Shown: in pieces, positions 47,564 to 58,230 of the stretch
Numbering within the stretch: the first letter of the stretch is position 1
Layout: every line of letters starts with the position of its first letter
DNA from: Acidobacteriota bacterium
GTDB lineage: Bacteria > Acidobacteriota > Thermoanaerobaculia > Multivoradales > Multivoraceae
DNA length: 64,000 nt
Reading direction: 5' to 3'
NCBI GenBank assembly: GCA_036337765.1
Contig: JAYZDP010000104.1
Coordinates: 3,764 to 67,763, forward strand
The notes under the pieces: generated by a model
Told to the model about the DNA's origin: nothing
Databases searched by the model: none
The model's input: the letters and a program-made list of their open reading frames with translations, nothing else
Position numbers and translations under genes: made by a program

Positions 47564-49347
47564 AGCTGCGGCTGGTTGTCTTTGCGCTCGTGATCGTCGG
47601 CTGGACCGGCGGGCTAGGAGCACGCCTGTACGAGCTGCAGGTAGATCGTCATCTCGAGTTCAGCGTCAAAGCGGCCAATCAGCAACGGCTGGTAGTCGAG
47701 ATCGGAGCGCTGCGTGGCACGATCTACGACGCCAGAGGTCGCGAACTGGCCGTCTCGGTCGAGGTCGAGTCGGTCTGGGCGGACCCGAAGGAAGTCGACG
47801 ATCTCGAAGCGACTGCCGAGATTCTGGCCGAGATCCTCGGTCTCGACACCGGGAAGCTGGCCGAGCGACTCGACTCGGACAGCGGGTTCGAATGGGTAGC
47901 CCGCAAAGTCGATCCTGAGGCGTCCGCGGCGGTTCGTGCGCTCGATCTCGACGGGATCCACTTCCAGTACGAGAGCCGCCGTTTCTACCCGATGGGGAGC
48001 TCGGCGGCGCACGTGCTCGGCTTCGTCGGCATGGACGGCGGCGGGCTGGCCGGGATCGAGGCTCGCTATCAGAAGGTCGTCGCCGGCAGCTCGGCGAACC
48101 GCATGCTGCTGCGCGACGCCAATCAGCGGGGGCTCGCGGTACCGGAGTATCCGATCGCCGAGCCGACGCCGGGCAGCGACCTCTACCTGACGATTGACTC
48201 GAGTCTGCAGTACCTGGCCGAGACCGAGCTGCGCCGGGCAGTCGAAGAGACCCGGGCAGATGGCGGTGTCGTGGTGCTTCTGGACCCGGCTGACTCGGCG
48301 GTTCTGGCGATGGCGTCGATGCCGACCTTCGATCCGAACCACTTCGCCCGCTTCACGAGCGAGTCGTGGCACAACCGCGCCGTGGAAGAGGTCTTCGAGC
48401 CGGGCTCGACTTTCAAGATGATCACCGCCGCCGCCGCCTTCGAGAGCCTCATGATCTCGCCCGACGACCTGTTCTACTGCGAGGAGGGCGCGATCTTTGT
48501 CGGCAGAACTCGCATTCGCGACCACAAGGCCTTTGGCGAGCTCACCTTTCGCGAGGTAATCGAGAAGTCGTCGAACGTCGGCGTGATCAAGGCCGCCCTG
48601 CAGCTCGGTCAAGAGCGTCTCTACTCGACCATCGGCAACTTCGGCTTCGGGCGCAGGACCGGCATCGATCTTCCCGGCGAGACCGGTGGCATCGTCAACC
48701 CGCTCTCGGCGTGGCGCGAGAACTCGAAGGCGTACGTCTCGTTCGGCCACGAGATCTCCGTCACGCCGATCCAGATGGTCAACGCCTTCGCCGCCCTGGC
48801 CAACGGCGGCACGCTGAACCAGCCCTTCGTGGCCCGCGCAATCGGCCGCGGCGAAGAAATCGAGCCGTTGCCGCGGAATCACTCCCCGACCCGTGCTGTC
48901 GATGCCCATTCCGCGCTCACGCTGGAGCGAGTCCTGGAAGGGGTGGTCGAGAACGGGACGGGGCGTAAGGCACAGGTCCCCGGCTACCGGGTTGCCGGTA
49001 AGACGGGCACCGCCGAAAAGGTGATTCCGGGTGTGGGGTACTCGCCGACGGGCCGAATGGCGAGCTTCATCGGCTTTGTGCCGGCGCGTGAGCCGCGGCT
49101 GGTGGGCCTGGTGATGCTCGATCAGCCGCGCACCCAGACCCACGGTGGCCAGGTCGCGGCACCGGTCTTTCAGGCGATCATGACCAAGGCCCTGCAGTAC
49201 ATGGGCGTTGCTCCCGACCCCGAGGTCTGGCCGCCGCGCGATGAGCCGGAGCCGGTGCCCGAGCTCGAGCCGGTGATCGCCGCGCCGCTTCTCGCGTCTG
49301 GCACCCTGGAGCCAGGCGAGCTGGTTCCTAGTGGGGCCGACACTTGA
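47560..49347 (+). CDS. ftsI: Peptidoglycan D,D-transpeptidase FtsI (PBP3). Start at MKLRLVVFALV; the ORF upstream to 47308 is not used.
   Basis: PBP dimerisation domain then transpeptidase motifs STFKMITA (SxxK), SSN (KSSNVGV), KTGTA. Confidence 0.85.
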   Translation: MKLRLVVFALVIVGWTGGLGARLYELQVDRHLEFSVKAANQQRLVVEIGALRGTIYDARGRELAVSVEVESVWADPKEVDDLEATAEILAEILGLDTGKLAERLDSDSGFEWVARKVDPEASAAVRALDLDGIHFQYESRRFYPMGSSAAHVLGFVGMDGGGLAGIEARYQKVVAGSSANRMLLRDANQRGLAVPEYPIAEPTPGSDLYLTIDSSLQYLAETELRRAVEETRADGGVVVLLDPADSAVLAMASMPTFDPNHFARFTSESWHNRAVEEVFEPGSTFKMITAAAAFESLMISPDDLFYCEEGAIFVGRTRIRDHKAFGELTFREVIEKSSNVGVIKAALQLGQERLYSTIGNFGFGRRTGIDLPGETGGIVNPLSAWRENSKAYVSFGHEISVTPIQMVNAFAALANGGTLNQPFVARAIGRGEEIEPLPRNHSPTRAVDAHSALTLERVLEGVVENGTGRKAQVPGYRVAGKTGTAEKVIPGVGYSPTGRMASFIGFVPAREPRLVGLVMLDQPRTQTHGGQVAAPVFQAIMTKALQYMGVAPDPEVWPPRDEPEPVPELEPVIAAPLLASGTLEPGELVPSGADT

Positions 49348-50852
49348 CCAGCGGCGAGATGGTGCAACTGTCGCGTCTCGTCGAGGGTCTGCCGGTCGCC
49401 TGGGCTGGCGATCCGCAGGTGGGTGAGTCCCTGGACATCTCAGGAATCTCCTACGATTCGCGCCGCGTCGAGTCCGGCGACCTGTTCGTAGCCTGGACCG
49501 GAGAGGAGTTCGACGGCATGCGCTTCGCCGCCGACGCGGCGGGGCGGGGTGCCGTCGCGGTACTGGGCGAGTCGTGTGAGGACGCGCGAGTGCCGTGCCT
49601 GCGGGCCAAAGAGCCGCGCCGCCTCTTGGGACCGCTAGCATCTCGACTGTACGGCCACCCCGACCGCGAACTGCTGTTCGTCGGCGTCACCGGGACGAAC
49701 GGCAAGACGACCGTGGTGTCACTGATCGCGGCGCTGCTGGAGGCGGCAGGTCGGCCCGCGGCCAGTTTCGGCACGCTCGGCTACAGCTTCGGCGAGCTGG
49801 ACTTCGCCGGATATGCCGCGTTCCCCGAGCGCCGCACGACTCCGGAGGCGTCTGATCTTTTCCGCATGCTGCGGGGCGCGCAAGACGCCGGCGCGCGCGC
49901 CGCGGTCATGGAGGTGTCGTCGCACGCTCTGTCTCAGGGCCGAGTCGGGTGTGCGACATACGACCTCGCGGTGTTTCTGAACCTGACCCGCGACCACCTC
50001 GACTTCCACGGCGATCTTGAGCACTACTTCGAGGCCAAGGCAGCCCTCTTTCAGCAGCTCAAGCAGGACGGCCGTGGGGTCATCAACGTCGACGACGAGT
50101 GGGGCCGTCGCCTCGCGCAGCTCCAGCCGCGGGCACTCACCTTCGGGGACTCCGGCGACGTGCGCTACTCGCGTCTCGAACTCTCGGCCCAGGGCATCTC
50201 GGGCACGCTCGAGAGCCCGGCGGGACCGATCGAGTTGGCTTCGCCACTGCTCGGCGAATACAACGCCAGAAACCTTCTCGCCGCGGCCGCCGCCGGCGTC
50301 GCGGCGGGCCTCGATGCGGCACAGATCGGCTCGGGGCTGGCGACGCTCGACCCGCTCCCGGGGCGCATGCAGGCGGTCGATTGCGGCCAGCCGTTCCCGG
50401 TCTTCGTCGACTTCGCCCACACGGATGGTGCGCTGCGCGCTGCCCTCGCCTCGATGCGCAGCTTGGGCGTGCAGCGGGTGGCCGTGGTGGTGGGATGCGG
50501 CGGCGAGCGTGATGCGGGCAAGCGGCAACTGATGGGCGCGGTGGCAGCCGAGCTCGCGGACTACGCGATCCTGACCTCCGACAACCCGCGGCGGGAGGAT
50601 CCCGAGACAATTCTCGAGCAGATGGAGGAGGGCGCCCGGGACGTTCCCGGGGCCCGCTACGAAGTGATCGTCGACCGTCGCGACGCCATCCGTCGCGCCA
50701 TCGCGATCGCGCGGCCCGGCTGGAGCGTTCTGATCGCAGGCAAGGGTCACGAGCGTTGGCAGGACCTCGGCGACCGTCGCGTTGAGTTCGTAGACGCGGA
50801 CGAGGTCGAGAAGGCTCTAGAGGCAGGTTTTGGTTCGGTACCGATTGAGTGA
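49344..50852 (+). CDS. murE: UDP-N-acetylmuramoyl-L-alanyl-D-glutamate--2,6-diaminopimelate ligase
   Basis: Mur ligase P-loop VGVTGTNGKTT, DNPR motif (TSDNPRRED) typical of MurE, position in dcw cluster. Confidence 0.9.
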   Translation: MTSGEMVQLSRLVEGLPVAWAGDPQVGESLDISGISYDSRRVESGDLFVAWTGEEFDGMRFAADAAGRGAVAVLGESCEDARVPCLRAKEPRRLLGPLASRLYGHPDRELLFVGVTGTNGKTTVVSLIAALLEAAGRPAASFGTLGYSFGELDFAGYAAFPERRTTPEASDLFRMLRGAQDAGARAAVMEVSSHALSQGRVGCATYDLAVFLNLTRDHLDFHGDLEHYFEAKAALFQQLKQDGRGVINVDDEWGRRLAQLQPRALTFGDSGDVRYSRLELSAQGISGTLESPAGPIELASPLLGEYNARNLLAAAAAGVAAGLDAAQIGSGLATLDPLPGRMQAVDCGQPFPVFVDFAHTDGALRAALASMRSLGVQRVAVVVGCGGERDAGKRQLMGAVAAELADYAILTSDNPRREDPETILEQMEEGARDVPGARYEVIVDRRDAIRRAIAIARPGWSVLIAGKGHERWQDLGDRRVEFVDADEVEKALEAGFGSVPIE

Positions 50853-52239
50853 AGCGGCGGAGGCCATGCAGGGCGAGCTGGACAGAGTAGATCCCGACGC
50901 CTGCTTCGAGGGTGCGGCTCTCGATTCGCGCCGCATTGCGGGCGGTGAGCTGTTCTTCGCCCTCGAGGGTGAGCAGACCGACGGTCACCGCTTCGTGGCC
51001 GATGCTATCGAATGCGGCGCCGCGGCGGCCGTGGTCGAACGTGGAGTGGATCTCGGCGGGGCGCGGCTGCCTGTGGTGCGCGTCGACGACTGCTTCGAGG
51101 CGCTGCACGAGCTGACACGCCACGTACGGGATCGCGTGCCGGAACGGTTGATCGGCGTGACCGGCTCCGCAGGCAAGACGACCACGAAAGACCTGCTGGC
51201 CGCGATGCTTGCCGAGCGTTTCCGGACCGCCTCGACTCCCGGCAACCTCAACAACCTCTATGGCTTCCCACTGGCGCTGTTGGGAGTGCCCGACGACGCG
51301 GAGTGGATGGTGGCGGAAATGGGGATGTCCGAGCCCGGCGAGCTCGGTCGCGTCAGCCGCCTCGGCCGTCCGAACATCGTGCTCTTGTCGAACATTCGTC
51401 CCGCTCATCTCGGTTCCTTTGACTCGGTCACGGGGGTGGCCGAGGCCAAGGCAGAGATCTTCGAGGGCCTGACCGAGGGTGGGCTGGTGGTAGCGAACGC
51501 CGATGACCCCGAGGTCGTTCGAGTGGCTGAGCGCGAGCGGCAGCGGTCCGGCTGCGAGATCGCGTGGTTCTCTCTCGCGGGCGTGGTGGCCGAGTTTGAG
51601 AGCCCAACGCTGCGAGTATCGGGGCTCGAGTGCCCGGTAGATGGGCGGCCGGGCAGTCGGTTCACGCTGGCCGCCGGCGACGCACGCATCGAGGTCTCGC
51701 TCCTGCTGCCGGGGCGTCACAACGTCGAAAACTTCCTCGCAGCGGCGACTACGGCACATCGTGTCGGCGTAACGCTCGAGGAGATCGCGCGCGCAGTGGA
51801 ATCGGCCGGCCCCGCACCGATGCGCGGCGTCGTTCACTACGTGGGCGGCGACGCACGGGTCTTCGACGACTCGTACAACTCCAACCCTGACGCGTTGACC
51901 AAGACCCTGCAGGCCGCGAGCGAACTACCGGCGCGGCGGCACTGGGCGGTCATCGGCGAGATGCTCGAGCTGGGTCGTCGCGCCCCCGAGTTCCACCGCC
52001 TTGCGGGCGCAGAGGCGGTGCGCCTCGGGTTCGATCCGATCGTCGGCGTGGGCGAGCTTGCACGCGGCCTGGTGGCGGCGGCCAAGGAGGCCGGCGCGGA
52101 CGCCCGCTGGATCGCGACCGCCGACGAGGCGGCTGCCGTGGCGGCGACGGAGCTGGCCGGCGGGGATCTGGTGCTCGTAAAGGGCTCGCGAGGTGTCGGT
52201 CTGGAAGTGGTGGTCGAGCGACTGGTGAGGCCCTCCTGA
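50830..52239 (+). CDS. murF: UDP-N-acetylmuramoyl-tripeptide--D-alanyl-D-alanine ligase
   Basis: Mur ligase P-loop IGVTGSAGKTTTKD, position after murE. Confidence 0.9.
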   Translation: MVRYRLSEAAEAMQGELDRVDPDACFEGAALDSRRIAGGELFFALEGEQTDGHRFVADAIECGAAAAVVERGVDLGGARLPVVRVDDCFEALHELTRHVRDRVPERLIGVTGSAGKTTTKDLLAAMLAERFRTASTPGNLNNLYGFPLALLGVPDDAEWMVAEMGMSEPGELGRVSRLGRPNIVLLSNIRPAHLGSFDSVTGVAEAKAEIFEGLTEGGLVVANADDPEVVRVAERERQRSGCEIAWFSLAGVVAEFESPTLRVSGLECPVDGRPGSRFTLAAGDARIEVSLLLPGRHNVENFLAAATTAHRVGVTLEEIARAVESAGPAPMRGVVHYVGGDARVFDDSYNSNPDALTKTLQAASELPARRHWAVIGEMLELGRRAPEFHRLAGAEAVRLGFDPIVGVGELARGLVAAAKEAGADARWIATADEAAAVAATELAGGDLVLVKGSRGVGLEVVVERLVRPS

Positions 52240-52242
52240 GCC

Positions 52243-53316
52243 ATGCTCTACCACCTCCTGTTTCCGCTTCGCGACTCGATCGCGGCTCTGAACGTCGTTC
52301 GCTACATCACCTTTCGTGCGGCAGGTGCTGCGCTGATGGCGCTTGTCATCGCGCTGATCCTGGGTCCCTGGGCCATTCGCACGTTGCGGCGGCTGTCGGT
52401 GGGCCAGACGATTCGAGAGGAGGGACCTCAGAGCCATCGCGAGAAGGAGGGCACGCCGACCATGGGCGGGCTTCTGATCCTCTTCTCGCTCACCGTGACG
52501 ACGCTTCTGTGGGCGCGTCTGGACAACCCCTACGTATGGTTGACGGTGGGCACAGCGCTTGCCTTCGGCGCGATCGGTTTCGCCGACGACTACCTGAAGG
52601 TGGTGAGGCGGCACAACCGCGGTTTGAGCGCGATGGTAAAGCTCGCGGCACAGGTCGTGGTCGGCGCCGTCTTCGGGTGGGTGCTGTTGAGCGTCGCCTT
52701 CGAGCCGACGCTGACCTTCCCGTTCTTCAAGGACCTGGTGATCGACCTCGGCGTGCTCTACGTGCCGTTCGTGATCCTGATTCTTGCCGGCTTCTCCAAC
52801 GCGGTGAACCTGACCGACGGCCTCGATGGGCTCGCGATCGGCGCGACCCTGATCGCCGCCGCGGCCTACGCGATCTTCACCTATATCGCCGGGCACAGGA
52901 TCGTCTCGGAGTACCTGCAGGTCAGCTATCAGCCGGGAGTCGGGGAGCTGGCAATCTTTTGCAGCGCACTGGTGGGGGCGAGCCTCGGCTTTCTGTGGTT
53001 CAACAGCCACCCGGCGGAGGTCTTTATGGGCGACGTCGGGGCGCTGGCCATCGGCGGCGCGATCGCCGCGGTCGCCATCCTGTCGAAGCAGGAGCTACTG
53101 CTGTTCTTCGTCATGGGGCTCTTCCTGATGGAGCTCGGGTCGGTCGTCATCCAGGTGGCGTCGTTCAAGCTCACTGGCAAGCGTGTCTTCCGCATGGCTC
53201 CGATTCACCATCACTTCGAGCTGGCGGGCTGGAAAGAATCGCAGATCGTGGTGCGGTTCTGGATACTGGCAATCCTCTTCGCCTTGCTCAGCCTCTCGAC
53301 ATTGAAGTTGCGATGA
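52243..53316 (+). CDS. mraY: Phospho-N-acetylmuramoyl-pentapeptide transferase
   Basis: 10-TM protein with MraY motifs (NAVNLTDGLDGLA, HHHFE). Confidence 0.95.
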   Translation: MLYHLLFPLRDSIAALNVVRYITFRAAGAALMALVIALILGPWAIRTLRRLSVGQTIREEGPQSHREKEGTPTMGGLLILFSLTVTTLLWARLDNPYVWLTVGTALAFGAIGFADDYLKVVRRHNRGLSAMVKLAAQVVVGAVFGWVLLSVAFEPTLTFPFFKDLVIDLGVLYVPFVILILAGFSNAVNLTDGLDGLAIGATLIAAAAYAIFTYIAGHRIVSEYLQVSYQPGVGELAIFCSALVGASLGFLWFNSHPAEVFMGDVGALAIGGAIAAVAILSKQELLLFFVMGLFLMELGSVVIQVASFKLTGKRVFRMAPIHHHFELAGWKESQIVVRFWILAILFALLSLSTLKLR

Positions 53317-54689
53317 AGGTGCCCTGGTCCAGCGACGAGTGGCAGCGGGTCGTCGTCTACGGCATGGGTCGATCGGGCCTCGCCGCGGCGCATTTCCTGC
53401 GCTCGCGCGACGTCGAAGTGGTGGCCGTCGACGGACGTGACGACGTCGACCTGGGCGAGCTAGGCGCAGACGCTGGAGTTACCGCCCGCTTCGGCACAGA
53501 GCCCACGGCGCCTGACGTGGGCGTCGACGGCGTGGTTCTCAGCCCAGGCGTGGCGAGCTCGCGGCCGTTCGTTGCGGCGGCGCACAGAGCCGGAATCCCA
53601 GTGATTGGCGAAGTCGAGCTCGCCTTTCCCTTCCTCGAGGGTCCTGTCATCGGCGTCACCGGCTCGAACGGTAAGAGCACGACGGCCAGCCTGGTTGCCG
53701 AGATGCTGCGATGTGCCGAGCTGCCGGGCGTCCTGTGCGGCAACATCGGTGAGCCGCTGACCTCGAAGATCGACGGCGCGGGCGGGCGCATCTTCGTGGT
53801 CGAGCTGTCGAGCTTTCAGCTCGAAACCGTCAAGACCTTCCGGGCGAGAGCAGCGGCGCTGGTCAATGTCTCCCCCGATCATCTCGACCGCTACGCCGGC
53901 CTCGACAGCTACGCCGCGGCCAAGGAGCGGATCTTCGAGCGCCAGACCAGCGACGACACTGCGGTGCTCAACGCCGACGACGAGCTCTCGACACGCGCGG
54001 CCACCCGTGTAGAGGAAGCCCGCGTGCGCTACTTCTCACGTCGCTCGCGCGTCGCCGACGGCTGCTGGACCGATGGCAACACGGTGGTCGAGTCCGAGCC
54101 GGGCACAAGCGCCGAGGAGGTTTTCCGTATCGACGAGATTCGCCTCGAGGGCACCGTCAACCTCGAGAACGCGATGGCGGCTACACTGCTGGCACGCGCC
54201 CTGGGTGCCGACCGTGAGCACGTGCGCCGCGGCGTGGCCGGCTTCGATGGCCTGGCACACCGTCTCGTGCGGATCGCCGATCTCGACGGTGTCTGCTTCT
54301 ACGACGACTCGAAGGGCACCAACGTCGGAGCCACGCGCCAATCGCTGGCCGGTTTCGCGGATAGCAGCGTCCACCTCATCCTTGGCGGCACCTCGAAGGG
54401 CGCCGACTTCGCGCCGCTCGTAGAGACGGTCGAAACCAAGGCACGGTGTGCGTATCTGATCGGTGAGGCGGCGGCTGAGATCGCTGCCACCCTGGCGGGT
54501 CGCGTCGCCATCGACCGGTCCGACACGCTCGAGCGCGCGGTGTGCCGGGCGGCGGAAGCCGCGCGCGCCGGCGAGGCGGTGGTGCTGTCGCCGGCCTGTG
54601 CCAGCTTCGACCAGTTCGCCAATTTCGAGGAGCGCGGCGATCGCTTTCAGGAGCTCGTCTCAGAGCTCGCGGAGGCGCGCCGTGGCTAA
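53313..54689 (+). CDS. murD: UDP-N-acetylmuramoylalanine--D-glutamate ligase. ATG overlaps the mraY stop (ATGA).
   Basis: VVVYGMGRSGLAAAHFL Rossmann N-terminus. P-loop GVTGSNGKSTT. Confidence 0.9.
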   Translation: MKVPWSSDEWQRVVVYGMGRSGLAAAHFLRSRDVEVVAVDGRDDVDLGELGADAGVTARFGTEPTAPDVGVDGVVLSPGVASSRPFVAAAHRAGIPVIGEVELAFPFLEGPVIGVTGSNGKSTTASLVAEMLRCAELPGVLCGNIGEPLTSKIDGAGGRIFVVELSSFQLETVKTFRARAAALVNVSPDHLDRYAGLDSYAAAKERIFERQTSDDTAVLNADDELSTRAATRVEEARVRYFSRRSRVADGCWTDGNTVVESEPGTSAEEVFRIDEIRLEGTVNLENAMAATLLARALGADREHVRRGVAGFDGLAHRLVRIADLDGVCFYDDSKGTNVGATRQSLAGFADSSVHLILGGTSKGADFAPLVETVETKARCAYLIGEAAAEIAATLAGRVAIDRSDTLERAVCRAAEAARAGEAVVLSPACASFDQFANFEERGDRFQELVSELAEARRG

Positions 54690-55776
54690 GAAGCTGGTCT
54701 TCGACAAACCGCTCTTTTTCACCATCACGGTGCTGCTGCTGCTCGGTATCGTCATGGTCTATTCGGCGTCGGTCTTCAACGTCGACCCGACACGGCAGTC
54801 GGCGCTTTCAAATCACCCGTTCCTCAAACAGATCGCCGCAGCGATCCTGGGTCTGGTCGCGATGGTGGTGGCGATGCAGCTCGACTTCCGCCGCCTGCAG
54901 CGGCCTGCCGTTCTGTACACGATCGTTGGTGGCGTCGTGGGCCTTCTTATCCTGGCGCTTCTGTCTCCCGAGGTGAACTCCACCAATCGCTGGATCTTCG
55001 TCGGCGGTGTTTCGATCCAGCCCTCTGAGCTGGCGAAGATCGCCGTGGTGCTTTTCGTCGCGTACCACATTGCGCGCAAGGACGAAGAGGTCAACGAACC
55101 GTCGATGCTCGTGCCGGTGGCTTTGGGGACGAGCTTCTTCGTTGTCCTGATCCTGCTCCAGCCGGACTTCGGGACGGCAGGGATCATCCTCGCGACCGCC
55201 GGCATCATGCTGTTTCTCGCTGGACTGTCGTGGCGCTTCATCGCGCTTTCGGTAGTGGTGGCGCTGCCGGCCCTATGGTTTCTTGTGATCTCGGTGCCGT
55301 ACCGGCGGGCGCGGCTGTTCTCCTTCCTCGAGCCCGAGCTGGATCCTCTCGGTGGCGGCTATCAGGTGGTGCAGTCGATGATCGCAGTCGGTTCGGGGGG
55401 ACCGTGGGGTCTCGGCCTGGGCCAGAGCGTGCAGAAGCTGCACTTTCTGCCCTTCGCCGAGTCGGATTTCATCTACGGAGTCCTGGCCGAGGAGCTGGGG
55501 CTGATCGGCGCCGTCGGTGTGGTCCTGCTCTTCGCGGTGTTCTTCTGGCGCGGCATGCGCGCGGGCCACAAGGTCCGCGAACCGTTCGCGAAGTACATGG
55601 CCTGGGGTTTGTGCACGTCGATCGTGCTCCAGGCTTTCATCAACATCAGCGTGGCGGTCTCACTCCTACCCACCACGGGTACTCCACTGCCGCTCATTTC
55701 CTACGGGGGCTCGTCGCTGGTTTCTACGCTCCTGGCCTGCGGGCTGGTGCTCAACGTCTCGCAGCACGGAACATGA
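54682..55776 (+). CDS. ftsW: Peptidoglycan glycosyltransferase FtsW (SEDS family). GTG start.
   Basis: Multi-TM SEDS protein (VLLLLGIVMVYSAS..., PSELAKIA, LPTTGTPLPLISYGGSSL). Confidence 0.9.
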   Translation: MAKKLVFDKPLFFTITVLLLLGIVMVYSASVFNVDPTRQSALSNHPFLKQIAAAILGLVAMVVAMQLDFRRLQRPAVLYTIVGGVVGLLILALLSPEVNSTNRWIFVGGVSIQPSELAKIAVVLFVAYHIARKDEEVNEPSMLVPVALGTSFFVVLILLQPDFGTAGIILATAGIMLFLAGLSWRFIALSVVVALPALWFLVISVPYRRARLFSFLEPELDPLGGGYQVVQSMIAVGSGGPWGLGLGQSVQKLHFLPFAESDFIYGVLAEELGLIGAVGVVLLFAVFFWRGMRAGHKVREPFAKYMAWGLCTSIVLQAFINISVAVSLLPTTGTPLPLISYGGSSLVSTLLACGLVLNVSQHGT

Positions 55777-55777
55777 G

Positions 55778-56845
55778 GTGGGCAGGCGAGCACTCTTGGC
55801 TGGTGGTGGAAGCGGGGGACACGTGTTCCCTGGGCTCGCCGTTGCCGAAGCCTTGGAGAGGCGAGGATGGCAAGTGAGCTTCGCCGGAACGGCCCAGGGC
55901 ATGGAGGCGCGCCTCGCGCTCTCGCAGGGACTCGAGTTCCACTCGTTACCGGCGAAGCCGCTGCGCGGCCGCAACCCAATCCAGGGTCTGGGCGCGTTGG
56001 CCACCCTGGCGCGCTCCACGGTGAGCGCGGTGGGGTTGATCCGGCGTCTCGGTGCCGACGTGGTGATCGCCACCGGTGGCTATGTCTGTGTCTCGGCGGG
56101 ACTCGCGGCCCGGCTGTGCCGGCTGCCGTTGATCCTGGTGGAGCCGAACGCCGAGCCAGGGCTGGCCAATCGTCTTCTGGGTCGCTTTGCGAGCTCGGCA
56201 GCGGTGGCCTGGCAGAGGACCGCCGATGCGCTGCCCTGCTCCACCGAGCTGACCGGAGTGCCGGTGCGCCGCAGCTTCTTCGAGGTCGATCGACCGGCGC
56301 TCGGCGCTCCCTGGAAGATCCTGGTCCTGGGTGGCAGCCAGGGGGCTCAGAGCCTGAACGTCGAAGTCCCGCCGGTGCTTCATCGGCTGGTCCGCGACGG
56401 GGACCGCGAGCTCGAGGTGGTGCACCAAGCCGGCTCGGGAAAGGAGGCCGCCACCGAGTCGGCCTACATGGCGACCGACGTCAAGGCGACGGTGGTGCCC
56501 TTCATCGACAATGTCGCAGAGGCGATGGCCGACTGCCATCTGGTGCTATCGCGTGCGGGCGCGGTGACACTGGCCGAGATCTGCGCCGCGGGTCGACCCT
56601 CGATTCTGTTTCCGCTGTCGCTCGCCGGAGGCCACCAGGGCCACAACGCGGCGGCACTCCACTCTGCGGGCGCGGCCCGCGTCGTGGATGCGATGGAGAT
56701 CGATCCCGAAAAGCTACGCCTCGTTCTGCTCGATGTGCTCGACGCGCAGCGGCTCGAGGCGATGTCGTCCAGCGCCAGCCAGCTCGCCCGGTCGGACGCC
56801 GCGGAGGCGATCGCAAGCCTCGTCGAGGCGGAGGTGTCGCGGTGA
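55778..56845 (+). CDS. murG: UDP-N-acetylglucosamine--N-acetylmuramyl-(pentapeptide) pyrophosphoryl-undecaprenol N-acetylglucosamine transferase. GTG start.
   Basis: ALLAGGGSGGHVFPGLAVAEAL N-terminus (GGTGGH motif variant). GT28 C-terminal domain. Confidence 0.9.
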   Translation: MGRRALLAGGGSGGHVFPGLAVAEALERRGWQVSFAGTAQGMEARLALSQGLEFHSLPAKPLRGRNPIQGLGALATLARSTVSAVGLIRRLGADVVIATGGYVCVSAGLAARLCRLPLILVEPNAEPGLANRLLGRFASSAAVAWQRTADALPCSTELTGVPVRRSFFEVDRPALGAPWKILVLGGSQGAQSLNVEVPPVLHRLVRDGDRELEVVHQAGSGKEAATESAYMATDVKATVVPFIDNVAEAMADCHLVLSRAGAVTLAEICAAGRPSILFPLSLAGGHQGHNAAALHSAGAARVVDAMEIDPEKLRLVLLDVLDAQRLEAMSSSASQLARSDAAEAIASLVEAEVSR

Positions 56846-58230
56846 TGTTCCGGGATTTCGCCGTTCTGTCGCATGTGCACTTCGTGGGCGTCGGCGGCGC
56901 GGGCATGAGCGGCATTGCCGAGATTCTGCTCGACTACGACCTGCGCGTCAGCGGCTCGGACCTCTCGCTGTCCGACACCACGACCCGGCTTTCGGCTCTG
57001 GGTGTTGCGATCCGGGCGGGGCACGAGGCCGCGAATGTCGAGGGGTCCGATCTGGTCGTCATCTCGTCGGCCGTGCCGCCGGACAACGCCGAAGTGGTTG
57101 CGGCACGCGCGGCTGGGATTCCCGTGGTCCGACGGGCCGAGATGCTCGCCGAGCTCATGCGTCTGAAGTACGGCATTGCCGTCGCGGGCACCCACGGCAA
57201 GACCACGACCACCTCTCTGGTCGGCCTGCTGCTCACCGAAGGCGGCCTCGACCCGACCGTGATCGTCGGCGGGCGCCTCCGCGTGACCGGGACGGGCGCA
57301 CGTCATGGCCGTAGCGACTATCTGGTTGCCGAAGCCGACGAGTTCGACCGAAGCTTCCTGCGCCTTGCGCCGATCATCGCGGTCCTGACTTCGATCGACG
57401 TTGAGCATCTCGACACCTATCGCGACCTCGACGATATTCGCGAGGCTTTCGTGACTTTCGCTCAGAAGGTCCCGTTCTTCGGCCAGGTCATCGTCTGCGT
57501 CGACGACGACAACGTCCGTCAGATTCTGCCTGCCCTCGCCGACAGGCGCGTGGTCACCTACGGCCTCAGCGCCGAGGCCGAGATTCGCGCCACCGACATC
57601 GAGGTCGACGCCGACGGCTCGGCCTTCGTCGCCTCCTCGTCGCGGGAGGGGCGCCTCGGGACGATACGGCTGCCGATCCCTGGTGTGCACAACGTTCAGA
57701 ACGCCCTCGCCGCCCTTGCCGTGGGCCTGGGCGTGGGGCTGGACATCGAAGGTCTCACCGACGCGCTCGCCGGTTTCGGAGGCGTCCATCGGCGCTTCGA
57801 GCGACTCGGCACCTGGCGCGGGGCGACGGTGGTCGACGACTACGCCCACCATCCGACCGAGGTTGCGGCGACGCTCGAGGCGGCGCGCCAGGTGTTCCCT
57901 GAATCGCGGGTTCACGTGGTGTTTCAGCCCCATTTGTTCAGCCGAACCCGGGCCTTCGCCACCGACTTCGGCCGCGCCCTGCTGGCGGCCGACACGGCCG
58001 TAGTCACCGATGTCTACCCGTCGCGCGAGCAGCCCGTCGAGGGCGTGACGGGAGAGCTCGTAGCCAACGCCGCTCGCGAAGCGGGTCACGAGGATGTCCT
58101 CTATTGCGAGGACTGGCGCGACGTTGATGTAGAGCTCGCCAGCCGGATCGAGGAGGGCGACGCCATCCTTACGCTCGGTGCCGGCGATATCTATCAACTG
58201 GCGCGCAGTCTCGCGGAGAGCGACGGTTGA
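56845..58230 (+). CDS. murC: UDP-N-acetylmuramate--L-alanine ligase
   Basis: HFVGVGGAGMSGIAEIL N-terminus. P-loop IAVAGTHGKTTTTS. Confidence 0.9.
   Translation: MFRDFAVLSHVHFVGVGGAGMSGIAEILLDYDLRVSGSDLSLSDTTTRLSALGVAIRAGHEAANVEGSDLVVISSAVPPDNAEVVAARAAGIPVVRRAEMLAELMRLKYGIAVAGTHGKTTTTSLVGLLLTEGGLDPTVIVGGRLRVTGTGARHGRSDYLVAEADEFDRSFLRLAPIIAVLTSIDVEHLDTYRDLDDIREAFVTFAQKVPFFGQVIVCVDDDNVRQILPALADRRVVTYGLSAEAEIRATDIEVDADGSAFVASSSREGRLGTIRLPIPGVHNVQNALAALAVGLGVGLDIEGLTDALAGFGGVHRRFERLGTWRGATVVDDYAHHPTEVAATLEAARQVFPESRVHVVFQPHLFSRTRAFATDFGRALLAADTAVVTDVYPSREQPVEGVTGELVANAAREAGHEDVLYCEDWRDVDVELASRIEEGDAILTLGAGDIYQLARSLAESDG

Noticed and set aside
47614-49641. 675-aa minus-strand ORF
   Set aside because: Antisense to ftsI/murE. 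No domain signal.
50137-51837. 566-aa minus-strand ORF
   Set aside because: Antisense to murE/murF. Arg/Pro-rich low-complexity.
55867-58230. 787-aa plus-strand ORF extending far upstream of murC
   Set aside because: Same frame as murC, but the upstream 325 codons overlap murG in another frame and are low-complexity. The true start is ATG 56845, overlapping the murG stop.
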